From: Hypanus sabinus
Lineage: Eukaryota
Reading direction: 5' to 3'
Length of the DNA: 64,000 nucleotides
Assembly: GCF_030144855.1 (NCBI RefSeq)
Contig: NC_082739.1
Span: forward strand, 15,252,001 to 15,316,000
Below are positions 1 through 11,319 of this stretch, piece after piece. Below the pieces are notes generated by a model, which was not told the origin of the DNA, made no database searches, and saw only the letters and a list, made by a program, of their open reading frames with translations. How positions within the stretch are numbered: the stretch's first letter is position 1; every line of letters begins with the position of its first letter. Both the position numbers and the translations under genes were made by a program.

Positions 1-730
1 TCACTTTTGCTGGTCCTTTTTGTGATTGGATAATTTGTTTCAAAGACATCAGGATAAGAATTGTTGGGCATGTATGATTCCTTTCAGATTACAGTCTAAC
101 TTGTCCCAGGATATTTTCTTGCATTTATTGGCCAAAAGCCTTCATTTTCACGCTCAACTTGGAACTGCAGTATGTCACACACAGGGATGCTACCTTCCAA
201 TATGGCCTAAGAGGTCTCTATCTTCCCATTACTCCTCCTTCCAAAGTGATCTGTACCAGATTCTCCTCCACCCTGGGCTTTGACATCCTCGTTCGTGTCA
301 GTATACATAAGTAATCAGGATAGTCCTTCATAAGAGTAGAGCTATCATTTTGTGAATGGCTATTCAGGGCTGAGATGTTCATCTGAAAGCAGAACACAGA
401 ACGATTGCTGGATCCAAAAATACACTCATTCCCAATGCCAAATTTCTGGTGGATTTAACAATCTATAGTTTGAGTAGCTTGTCTATTTTTAATGTGACTT
501 TTTATTAGGCATTAAAATGCATTAAAAGAAAGAAGAAATACAGTATGGTTCTCAGTGATGAGATTACACCATATTTCATATTGGAAAATGCTCAAAACAT
601 TGCCATAAAACATGAGATGAAAGACTTTATTTCCTGTGGTGGCTGAAACTTCAGCTGTAGTTTGAAGGGAGTACCTCAGCAAGGACAACTTCAGAAATCT
701 GGCCTCTAAAGCCTGATGAAAGCCTGACAA

Positions 731-1510
731 AGTCCTGATGAAGGGCCTTGGCCCGAGGGATCAGAAGTGGAAAGAGTGAGCAATTTCAAGTTCCTGGGTG
801 TCAATATCACTGATAATCTAACCTGGACCCAACATATTGATGCAGCGACAAAAAAGGCAAGACGGTGTCTATATTTCACTAGGAGTTTGAGGAGATTTGG
901 TACGTCACCAAAGACTTTTGCAAATTTCCACAGATGTACCATGGAGAGCATTCTAACTGGCTGCATCACCATCTGGTATTTTTTTGGTGTTGGTGGGGTG
1001 CTGCAGAGAGTTGTAAACTTAGTCAGCTCCATCACGGGCACTAGCCTCTGTAGTATCCAGGACATCTTCAAGGAGTGATGCCTCAAAAAGTCAGCAACCA
1101 TCATTAAGGACCCCTATCACCCAGGACATACCTTGTTCTCATTGCTACCATCAGGAAGGAGGTACAGGAGCCTGAAGGCACACACTCAGCGATTCAGGAA
1201 CAGCTTCTACCCCTCTGCCATCCAATTTCTGAATGGTCATTGAACCCACAAACACTACCTCACTACTTCGTTATTTCTATTTTTGAAATACTTATTTAAT
1301 TTAACTATTTAATATATATACTTACTGTAATTCAGTTTTTTCTCTCTCTATTGTTATGTATTGCAATGTACCGCTGCTGCAAAGACAACAAATTTCACAA
1401 CGTATGCCAGTGATGTTAAACCTGATTCCTATTCTGAACAGTCAAATGTTTGTTCATTTCCATAAATGCTGCCTGACCTGTTGAGTTCCTCCAGCATTTT
1501 GTGTCTGTTA
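731..1510 (+). mobile_element. Penelope-like terminal repeat (pLTR) fragment with hammerhead motif, split by a Rex LINE (pieces 731-756 and ~1437-1510)
   Basis: AGTCCTGATGAAGGGCCTTGGCCCGA at 731-756 continues after the LINE as ACAGTCAAATGTTTG...ATGCTGCCTGACCTGTTGAGTTCCTCCAGCATTTTGTG, matching other pLTR copies in the window. Confidence 0.75.
757..1436 (+). mobile_element. Rex1/Babar-type LINE, 3' fragment
   Basis: ORF 767-1078 ERVSNFKFLGVNITDNLTW...RCTMESILTGCITIWY (C-terminal region after RT); 3' UTR ending in a GATTCT-like tail. Confidence 0.85.
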
Positions 1511-1693
1511 GTATTTACTGCATATTGGGCTCTTGGCAGCCCAAATTCCTTAAAACCTTTATTCACTCCAGTACTTTGTTTATTCTTCAGTACAGGCACT
1601 CTTCGACTTAAATATGTCTAACTTATGGACACCTCTACCTTTAAATGAGCTCCCATGATATTTCTAAATTCAATAATGCATGTTGAATATGTA

Positions 1694-2230
1694 CAATATG
1701 GTGCAAAAATCTTAGGCAAGTATATATAACTAAGGTGCCTTAGACATTTGCACAATACTGTACTCATTTTATGTATTGTACTGAACTGCTGCCATAAAAA
1801 AAAACACATTTCATGACACATGTGAAGTGATGATAAACCAGATTCTGATATGGGTCTCTGTTTTGTTTGAGAGCGCGAACGGGGCAGGAAGAGGGGAACC
1901 ATGGTTGGGAAAATGGGAAGGGAGAGGGCAGGAAGCACCAGAGAGACAATCTGTAATGATCAATAAACCAATTGTTTGGAATCAAACAACCTTGCTTGGT
2001 GTCTTAGAGCTAGGTGCGTCTGCACCTGAAGCACACCCCTTTCCCTGCCCCAGCACTCTTTCTCTGTCACCTATCCCACACCCCTCCGGCAGCATTCCTC
2101 CCTCACCATTCCCAAGAATTTTTGCTCCCGCCAGGATTACAAACTCCAGCTCCTCTCCACGTTGACAAATACAGTACTATGTAAAAGTCTAAGACAACCT
2201 AGCTATACACGTTATTTTTGCACAGTACTG
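1694..2230. mobile_element. Composite non-autonomous Tc1/mariner-type element: two mini TIR palindromes flanking captured sequence
   Basis: TA-flanked mini-palindromes 1694-1760 and 2172-2230 built from a CAGTACTGTGCAAAAGTCTTAGGCA-like TIR; the interior contains a Rex-type 3' tail (~1765-1848). Confidence 0.7.
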
Positions 2231-2381
2231 TATATATATGCATGTATCTGCTCCAACAAACAGCAGGACTAGTTCCTTCTCTCTCTCTCTCTTCTTTTAG
2301 TATTTGTGGTTTCTTATCTGTGTTATAGTTTTGTTGCTATTCATTGTAATGTTGTGGAGCTAAGGTTATCATATCTCATAT

Positions 2382-2658
2382 TGCTGTGTTCACTCACCCA
2401 TAGCTACTGATGAGACTTGAAGCCAGGAGATAGAACAAAGCTGGAACTTGAAATGAATCTTTATTCAGTAAAAACACACAACTACACAAATATAAAAACT
2501 CAAAACTCGACAGTACATCCCAAAGCATGACTATTCAAATAGTTTGCCCAAAGCACATTTGAGACATTGATAGGAATAATGACCAATCAATGAAAATTAA
2601 CCTGAGATTGGTTGTCAGATGACCAATAGGCATTGTCTTTTTTCAGCTCACTGTAACA
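2382..2658 (-). repeat. 3' LTR of the Gypsy element
   Basis: TG...CA ends; shares TAGCTACTGATGAGAC..AAGCCAGGAGATAGAACAAAGCTGGAACT with 8304-8528. Confidence 0.85.
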
Positions 2659-2999
2659 TCTCCCTGTTAAAGATGATTACCTGTAGGGTTGGAGCCAAGG
2701 GTTGATTTGGATTGGAACAACTGGCTTGCACTGATAACTAGTCCTTCTTAGTGGTCACAGGCTGTCACGGTCTCATAGTGAAGTTGCTTGCGGCTGTGCT
2801 GGCACTGGTGGTTGCTTTGGTCGGGTAAGTTGAACCCTTCCAGAAGGAGGTGGAGGTCCATCTCTGTGTTTGATGATCTGCCTGACGAATTTGTTGAGCC
2901 GTCAGGAGCACCTGGCCACAACCGGTTGATGTGGTGATGCCAGGGATGTCCGCCTATAGTAACTTCGTAGAGTCCTTTCCCCATATGTTTGAAATTTTA

Positions 3000-5480
3000 A
3001 CCAAGTACCCAGGGGTCTTGACCATTACAATACTGTCTGACCCACACTGCAGCTCTGGGCTTGAATGGCTTCACCAGTCAACCAAGGTCTGTGTGGCTGC
3101 CTTTGTGCACCCGACCATCTGCTGTCTCATATGTTGGACGCTGTGGTAGCATTGCATCTGACACTGTCTGCAGTTTCCTTCCCAAAAGTGCTCCCCCTCA
3201 AGGTCTGGATATAGTGTAATTCAATATATAGCAGCAAGGTGTTGAGAGCCTCAGCCGATCTCCTTCCCCTCTTTATTTCTGAAGCAACCATTTGGAGGCA
3301 TCTGCAAACCTCGCTGCTTAGCCATTGGACTGTGGGTGATATGGGGGTGAGCAGATGTAGATAATTCTGCTGCTCTGGCAGAATACAGAAAACCACTTTG
3401 CACTGAATTGGGTGCTATTGTTCGAGAGAAGTGTTTCTGGCGGTTGATAATTTGAATGGTAGCACCTATTGTTGTTGACTTCATAGGTAATACTTCAGGT
3501 CATTTGGAATAGGTGTCAACCAGGACGAGGTAGGTACACCAGTTGATTGGGCCAGCAAAGTCAATATGTACTCGACTTTAAGGCCTGGTAGCCTGAAGCT
3601 GTGGTTGTGGACCAGCTCATCTTGAATTCTTTGCTACAGTAGAGCACTGAGTACGCTACTTGCATACGGAAGTGATATCTTCATCTATGCCCAGCCAGTA
3701 CACAAAACTTCTTACCAGGGTTTTCATTTGATTAATGCCTGGGTGACCACAGTGGAATTGCTTCAGTACTTTCAGTCAATATGTTCATGGAATCACTATT
3801 CAGTCTCCAAACATTAGGCAGGAGTTCACAGTTGAGAGCTATGTATGACATCGGTAAAAGGGTATGACATCTTCCCCAACCTTGACTGGCCATCTATCAA
3901 TGAGGTATCTGGAGATACATCGAAGATGAATTGCAGCAGTTTCTGCTCTGATCTTGTCGACTGTGACCAAAGACCTTCAGTGGTATCCGATAACAACCTG
4001 GTGGACTTCACAATCTATTGAAATCGCAGCCGCGACTGTGTCTTTGTATTCAGTAATCTGCTGAGTCTGGAGAGGGCATCTGCCTGACCAGATTTCTGTG
4101 TTGATGTGCACCTGATTTCAAAATCATAGACTAATAACATTGTTTCCCAGCTTTATAGATAGTTAGCTGTATACAGCAGGATGCCTTTCTTAGACCCGAA
4201 GATGGACAACAGTGGCTTATGATCAGTGAGGAGAGTGAAGCAGCTGTCATAAAGCATCTTGTGCAGTTTCTTCACAGCAAAGATGATTCTGAAGGCTTCC
4301 TTGTCGGTTTGCCCACAGTTCCTTTCTGCTGCGGTCAGTGATTTGGTTGCATGAATGATAGTTTTTCAGAACCATCAGGGAAGATGAGGGATATGACAGC
4401 ACCCACCATGTAGTTGGACACATCTGTTGTGACGATGATTGGCAACTCTGGGTTGAAATGCATCCAGAGAATGTCGGTTGACAGCACATTTCTTAACCTG
4501 ATCAAAAGCTTCTTGTCATTGTTTAGACCATTTCCATGTGGCACCATTCTTGAGCAGAGCATTGAGGGGCTCCCTCAGCTGGTGCATTTCTGGGAGGAAT
4601 GCTGAATAATAAATAATGACTGATTATGCCCAAAAATGATTGCAAAGTGCTGACAGCTGATGGAGGAGACATCTTTAAGATAGCAGAGAGGTTTTCAGGA
4701 TCTGGATGCTAACCCATGATGAATCCAGATAGCTGATGGAAGATATGAGGAGGATGCATTTTCTGCCTGAAGTCACAATCTGAAGTCTTGTAGTTGGTTC
4801 AAAACATGGTTCAGACATTGGCGTTGTTCTGTCTGATCAATGTCCATCACAACAATGTTGTTGAGGTAAGCAGCAACACCATCAATACCACTCAGCATGA
4901 TTTCCATAAGCTACTGGAAAATTGAAGGAGCCACCTTTACCCCAAAAGACAGGCAGAGGAAGAAATGTAATGGTGAGGAGCTCCTGGGAATCTTCCTCCA
5001 CTTCTCCAGGAGGCAGCCTTCAGCCAAGTCCAACTTCACCAAGTAGGCACCCCAGTTCAATCTTGCGAAGAGATCTGCTGGTATTGAATACTGGTGAGTC
5101 TCCAGAATTTCAATGGGACCAGTTGAGAGGTCTGTACACAACCTCACTGTACCTATTGGAGCTTCCCAGTGTGATTAGTTGACAGCTTTGCTCACATCAG
5201 CTTGTTGTGGCTGATCTGGCTCTTGTTCCATGATTGGTAAGGCTGTGGATGGTACTGGTCTTTTGGAATGGAAGACTGGCTTTGCATCTGGACAGATAGG
5301 AGTTCTGCTTGCAGTTTAGTGCAGCAAGCTAAATCTACTTGAAACCCTGCTGCGTAGCACTGTTGCAGGCGTTGTATGCCCTCGTTACTGATGGTGATAG
5401 GCATCAGCTGACATGATTTGAACAGACTTCATCCAGAGGGATGTTCTAGAGATCAAGCTTGTCCATCCAGTCAATGCCAA
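3000..5480 (-). pseudogene. Gypsy pol remnant (protease end, RT, RNase H, integrase) with many stops and frameshifts
   Basis: ORF pieces 4911-5147, 4335-4562 and 3251-3484; integrase-like RVHIDFAGPI.W..YLVLVDTYSK*PEV read on the minus strand near 3500-3580. Confidence 0.85.
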
Positions 5481-5881
5481 GGGCATTCAGATCTGGCTAG
5501 TAGATTCTCCCTGTAGATTTTTGAAATTTCTTGTCAGTGTGCTTCACTGGCCTAAAAGACAGTGAAGGACAGCAATAGCCTTCGTTGTGACCACAGCATT
5601 CGCATTTGAGCATTTGCATCAACTACTGAGTGTTGATGTCTGAGCCATTGGAAACTGCATTGACATAGTCTGGCCAGGAGCTGTTCGCGAATGCCTGCAT
5701 TACCAGGTGCCTGACATTCGCAAGTGAAAATCAGACACTTCAATTGTGATTCAGTCATGTTACTCAGCTTGAACTTTTCACATTCACAATTGACGACACT
5801 GCCATATGTGATGAAGTCATCAGTGTTGTGTTTAACAGGTTTTAGACAATGGTAGCGAACACTGCAGAGAGTTCAAGCTCA

Positions 5882-6717
5882 AGTCACGGTCTGGTGCGTT
5901 GACTCCTCGTTTCTGTTAATTGCCTTTTCCCTGTGTTCTACTGGGCTCTGTGATTAGGGCACCTGATTCTCATCTGAACCGGCTGCATGAAAGTTTCAGT
6001 TCACATCTACTCGCTGCTGGTTCGTCACCATAGCCAGTGCGCTATGCTCATCCCAGAGCTGCCAAGAATCATGGACTCAAGGTTGCTTCAGTTCCTGTGG
6101 CTGCTAATTGAATTCAGTTGTTTTCATGCCCAGCCGAGTTGCAGGCCGTTTTGCCTCTACTCCGAGGCAAGATGCAAATTCTGTTGCTTTCATGTCTGCC
6201 TGAGATTTGCTGGCCGATTGCCACCACTCCGAGCCAAGGTACAAATGGACTGTCATTGTTTGGTTTTTGTCATCTCATTTCCAGCTGAGTAGGTCCGGCC
6301 GTTTACCGCTACTCCAAGTTGGGAATTCTGTCTCTTCGTGTCCAGCAAAGTGATTGCTGGCCGTTTGCCACTTCATGAGCTACTCCCTGTCAAGATATGG
6401 ATTGTCTGTTGTTGTTTGGTTTGGTAGCCTCATTTCCAGCTGAGTAGGTCCAGCCAGTTGCCACTGTTCTGAGTTGGGAATTCTGTCTCTCCATGTCCAA
6501 GTCCATGTCCAAGTCCAGGCTCCGGGTCTGATTCCAAGTCCAAGTCCAGGCTCCGTGTCCGAGCTCCTCCTGTTTGTTGCCCTGCATCCTCATCCACGTA
6601 AGCATTCTATCCTCACTCCCCAGCTTTCCTGGCAACTATTACTAAACACACTTCTGTTAATGCTACTTACGTGTCTGTGTCCTGCTCTTGGGTCTGCTCC
6701 AGCCACCCATTGCAACA
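5882..6717 (+). mobile_element. Solo LTR with internal tandem repeats
   Basis: Starts (A)GTCACGG, ends TGCAACA; internal repeated ~120-140 bp units (e.g. CTCATTTCCAGCTGAGTAGGTCC twice) and CCAAGT/CCATGT hexamers; 3' end resembles the LTR at 13952-14299. Confidence 0.65.
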
Positions 6718-6849
6718 AATTGTCATTCAACCATACATGAATACTGATGAATACAGCGAAGTGAAACAGCAATACTTCAGGGCGAAGGTACAAAACACAG
6801 TATCAATAGTCATATACAATTCAAGGCACTTACAGCACATATAAGGGCA

Positions 6850-7612
6850 TAGGAGGGTGGAGCTCAGAATGATAGTGCCTATCAGCGACTCCTTTGCTTG
6901 CAACTTCGGAAACAGCTCTATTTCCATCTTTAATATCCCTTTTTTTCCTTTTCAGGGTTCTTTTGAAGACCACAACCTGGAGTTACACGCTGACTTCAGT
7001 TCTTTGTGGGAATGGGACCTGCTCTCGGGGTCTCACGACCGGCAGTTTTTCGTTATGCCAAGAACCTGGCTTAGAAGAGTAGCGCACCTTCAGGGTGCCG
7101 GATTTTCATGGCTCTGGAGGGGGGCAGATCTGAGGTCGGTGCCGCCGCAGAAAACTGGTGTGTTGTGAGAGTACACAGACAATCAAAAGCAACAAGCTGA
7201 CTGCTGGCTGTGTGCCCAGAGACCTGAGAACTTTGGGCACAGAGCTCGAAAAAAGCGACACAACAGACTTTTAACACCATAAATTGGTGAGTTGTTTTGT
7301 TATGTCTCCCCTCTCGCTGTGTAATGGGGACACCTCTTTTTCCCTTATTAGGGGGAGAGGGAGAGAGAGAGCCTGTGGTATGTGGAATTACCGGGTGAAA
7401 GAGTAGTCTTTACTGTGGCTTTATTGATTGCTTGCTGCATGCTTGAGTGCTTGCTGGAGGGTGCCGATGCTTTTTTGCTGGTGGGGGAGAGGTGAGCTGG
7501 GGGACTGTCATTCATTCTTTGGGGCACTCCTCTGTTTTCATGGATGTTTGCGAAGAATGAGAATTTCACGATGTATATTGTATACATTTCTCTGAGATTA
7601 AATTGAGCCTGT
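6850..7612 (+). mobile_element. Non-autonomous retroelement with LINE-like 3' end (family unassigned)
   Basis: CpG-richer block ending in GAATTTCACGATGTATATTGTATACATTTCTCTGAGATTAAATTGA, interrupting the minus-strand element. Confidence 0.45.
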
Positions 7613-8303
7613 TGATATAGGATAGCAGTAAACATGCAGTCACACAAAAAATATATCGTCCAAGTTCCTGTGATAATGAATGTTGCCACAATCTGCAGTC
7701 AAACACAACACCAAGCGAACACTGGAGAGCAGTACCAACACCAGCCTGGTCACTGTGCCACACTGTCTCTGGCACTGACTCTCCTGGATGGCTGCAAACA
7801 AGATGACACTATGACTTCAGGCTTAGTCTTTGCTACAACCAAGGCTATGCCACTGCCCCAGCATCTGTCTCATCAGAGATGACTGCTCTCCAAAAATGCT
7901 TCTTAGCTGTTGGACAATTTTGTCAAACGATAGGTCACGTGAGTTGTTAGGTAGAATGAAGTTGAAATAATACTCACATTCAGCAGTACCCAACTTTTGG
8001 AGCAAGGTCCCTTATCTTTACTGGCAGACTCGACCCGGAATATATCTTCGTAACTTTTGAACCATGATTCAAACGTAACTCCTGAAGTGGCATTGAACTG
8101 CAAGTTGGTAATGGACACAACAGCTAACTCACATGAGTTCTTGTTCAGTGTTTGACACCAACATCATTGAACCCACTGATAAACTGTTGGTCAAGATTTT
8201 GATTAACTTCAGCTGGACCTCCTCAAATTGAGCCTGCTGCAGAATTGCGCAGAAGACTTCTGCTGAAGGTGTCATGTCAATATAACACACCTCGTTGGCA
8301 ATT

Positions 8304-8528
8304 TGTTGTGTTTGCTCACCTGTAGCTACTGATGAGACCCAAAGCCAGGAGATAGAACAAAGCTGGAACTCTAAATAAACCCTTAGTCAGTAAAACTATG
8401 CAACTACAAAAATCTCAAACCTCAGTAGTACATCCCTAAACACAACTGTGTAAACACATTTGAGATGTTGATAGGAACAACAGCTCATCAGTTTGTCAGC
8501 TGACCTATAGCCATTGGTTGTTTAAGCT
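8304..8528 (-). repeat. 5' LTR of the Gypsy element (outer end eroded)
   Basis: Direct similarity to 2382-2658; adjacent PBS-like sequence at 8290-8302. Confidence 0.8.
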
Positions 8529-8614
8529 GGAGGAGTTATTTTTATGTACTTTCTTATGTATAGACAAACTTAAAGAGCTGAAGTGGAACTCGTTCGTTGC
8601 TTCGGGTTGGCCTG

Positions 8615-8810
8615 TGAAACAGAAAACAGTTGAAACATTCCGTGGGTTAGGCAGCATCTCTGGAAAGAGAAACAGAGTGTATGTTTCAGCTTAAGGACCC
8701 TTCATTAGATACTCTTTCTCTTTCACAAATGCTGCCTGATTTGCTCATGTTTCCAGTACTTTTTAATTTTATTTTATACATACAGCATCTGCATTTTATT
8801 TTTGATTTTC
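8615..8810. mobile_element. Old fold-back Penelope pLTR palindrome
   Basis: AGGCAGCATCTCTGGAAAGAGAAACAGAGT...ACTCTTTCTCTTTCACAAATGCTGCCT inverted arms around a decayed hammerhead core. Confidence 0.6.
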
Positions 8811-9679
8811 ATTTACCTTTATTGGTTCAGAGTTGTTCTGCTGAAATACAGCTGAATTACAGAAAGTGTTGATTTACCTCAGTATCTACATCTGGTTTCA
8901 CTGCAACTGAATGGAACTCGGCATCCTCTGCCCTCCATGTCCCAAAAGCATGTTTCAATGCTTCTCTTGAAGACTGCCTCTTCATGCTTGGATGAATGCT
9001 GCATGATTTTCTGAGAAGTTCTGTATGCAATGATCCTTAGCCATTCCTTTTGCCTCCAATAACCAAACCAATTTTACCACAGGGTTTGATGCTTGGACTG
9101 CTGTTATTCATTAACTCTCCCTCACCAAAATATGGACTCTAAAGAGCACTGCACTTCAAGAAAATCATGCTGTGGTCTCTCTGCCTCCAATTTTAAGCCC
9201 CCAAATAACACTAGCTGTGCTAGTGATGGACTTCACAAGCTGACCTTCATAACCGAGAAGACATATCCTTCATAAACTACAGAAATATAACATACATTGA
9301 TTTCAAAGAATATTAATATTAGTGATTGAGAGATGTTTTGTTAATGTAATCCAGATATTTCTGATGGTGGCAATCCCTTCTGGGAACATGTTGTATAAAT
9401 CATTTCTTGGGTGACACTTCCAGGAAGTCAACCTTTGGCTCCTAGCTAACACCATATAAAATTTTCTTTCTTGTAATGATTATAAAGGGTAGGGAGTGCC
9501 ACTAAAATCTTTGAAAATAGATTCAAATAATAGCCATCTTGATAGTTCATTTTTAGTGGGTAATGTTGCAATAAACTCTACTCCCTATTTAGGATGTTTT
9601 GATTTGTCGTCTACCTTTAGAGATTTTATCACCCAATTCTATCACACTCCAGTGCTCTGGTTTCATTCCATATTCTAAA

Positions 9680-9790
9680 GATGTGTGGGTTAGAGGGTTA
9701 ATTTGTCATATGGATATAATTGGGCAATGCGAGCTCATTGGGCTGGAAGGGCCTGGTGCCATGTTGTATCCGTAAATAAAATAAAACAAA
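9680..9790 (+). mobile_element. V-SINE/HE1-like SINE, 3' part
   Basis: GGGCTGGAAGGGCCTGGTGCCATGTTGTATCCGTAAATAAA end matches the copies at 13612 and 35376. Confidence 0.55.
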
Positions 9791-10551
9791 GCAAATGAAT
9801 TATTTCATTTCTGATCCTCAGTGTAAACTTCCTTCCTTTTTGCATACATCTCTTCAACATAGCTCCTCATGAAATTTCCTGGGTGAGATGCTTCTGGGAG
9901 TTTTAAACTTGACCTCATACTTCAGACTCTCTAACTGGATACATGTAAATTCGTCTTTGCAAACACATCTCTCATGGGACTATTTAGTGACTGGAAAGAT
10001 TCCAAAGGACATGTCTCTACTTTTCAAACAGTATTATAATAGAAGCCAGCAGACCTAAATTTCAATTATTACGGCATGCTTTCCATCAAAACTATGAATA
10101 GTTTTACTTTTGCTGCTTAAGGCAGAACATCACTTAATTGGAAGAGAACATTTGATCGTAGATGAAGACATGGTTAAACGGTTGTGAATCAACACATGGG
10201 CACATTTAATAATTTCTTTCATTCCCATCAATATCAAAGAGACCTAGTTAGTGAGAGGAGAGGTGTGTTTCTTGACTGGCTGTTTTACACCAAGAGTTAG
10301 CTTTCCATGGACAAATTTTATAGGTGGAACCTTGGATCAATTCAGATTGCTTTAGCAGACATTCTGGTATCCTTCCCATCACATTATACTTTACACAGCT
10401 TCAAGAAATGATGCAAGTTGAACTTGGAGATCAAATTGTTAGCAGTATGTTTTCGAAGCGTTGAAAATATTTTGCTATTAATATATTAGAATTGTTTTGT
10501 CAAGTTTGATGAACCCCATTCTTAAAATGATGCATCATCAAATGTTCTATA

Positions 10552-11084
10552 CATTCAGTGGGCACATTATTAGGTACCTCCTGTACCTTATAAAGTAGCC
10601 ACTGAGTGTATGTCCGTGGTCTCCTACCACTGTAGCCCATCCTCTTCAAGGTTCAATGTGTTGTGCATTCAGAGATGTTCTTCTGCACACCACTGTTGTA
10701 ATGTGTGGTTATTTGAGCTACTGTTGCCTTCCTGTCAGCTTGAACCAGTCTGCCCATTCTCCTCTGACCTCTCTCATTCCCAAGGCATTTACTGGATGTT
10801 TTTTATTTTGCTTCTCCGCATCATTCTCTGTAAACTCCAGAGACTGCCGTGCATGTAAATCCCAGGAGATCAGCAGTTTCTGAGATACTCCAATCACTCA
10901 TGGGGCTCCAATTATCACTCCACGGTCAAAGTCACTTAGATCACATCTCTTCCCCATTCTGATGTTTGGTCTGAACAACAATTTAACCTCTTGACCATGT
11001 CTGTATGCTCTTATGTATGCTGCCACACGATAGGCTGAATAGATATTAATGTACAGTTGTACCTAATAAAGTGGCAACTGAACA
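10552..11084 (-). mobile_element. Non-autonomous Tc1 derivative (5' TIR plus transposase N-terminus, capped by a 57-bp TIR palindrome)
   Basis: CACTCAGTGGCCACTTTATTAGGTAC-like TIRs at 10552, 10583-10608 and 11059-11084; interior is the reverse complement of 27472-27968. Confidence 0.75.
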
Positions 11085-11319
11085 GGTGGCACAGTCAAAG
11101 GTCAGGTGCTGTTCCGTTGCTGCTCTGCGTTCTGTGTTAATACTTGGAGATTGTTCACACTGACCAGTGTACCCCCTGCTCTTAACACTCAATTGTTAAC
11201 CATTGGCTTTGTACGTGCTTTGATTGTTCTGAAAAAGTAAATACTAGAATGCCGCTTTCTCGACATCTTAAACAATTAAATCATCTTTTATTCATTTTCA
11301 GATGAAATATTTGCTGAAG

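Larger units (their letters stand above)
5871..7873 (-). mobile_element. LINE-tail-bearing insertion in gag, itself carrying two further insertions
   Basis: Bounded by CAGAGA direct repeats (5865-5870, 7874-7879); GTTCAAG-type tail at 5871 continuing at 6718 (AATTGTCATTCAACCATACATG) and again at ~7613. Confidence 0.6.
5600..8275 (-). pseudogene. Gypsy gag remnant interrupted by nested insertions (5871-7873)
   Basis: SITNLQFNATSGVTFESWFKSYEDIFRVE / LQKLGTAE..YFNFILPNNSRDLSFDKIVQQLRSIFGEQSSL (7875-8118) continues as SVRYHCLK..DDFITYGSVVNCECEKFKLSNMTESQLKCLIF (below 5870). Confidence 0.8.
2382..8528 (-). mobile_element. Degenerate Gypsy/Ty3 LTR retrotransposon (gag-PR-RT-RNaseH-INT order)
   Basis: Two similar LTRs (2382-2658, 8304-~8528); PBS-like TTGCCAACGAGG just inside the 5' LTR; purine-rich AACAGGGAGA before the 3' LTR; frameshifted gag, RT (FGVKVAPSIFQ, YLNN for YxDD), RNaseH (HFNPELPIIVTTDVSNYMVGAVISL) and integrase remnants on the minus strand. 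Confidence 0.9.

Noticed and set aside
2400-2470. CTGATGAG...GAAA in the Gypsy LTR resembling a hammerhead core
   Set aside because: No convincing stems I-III, and the second LTR (8328-8380) lacks the GAAA
6170-6560. Regularly repeated units that could suggest a CRISPR-like array
   Set aside because: Degenerate tandem duplications inside an LTR, with no constant repeat/unique spacer pattern, in a eukaryotic context
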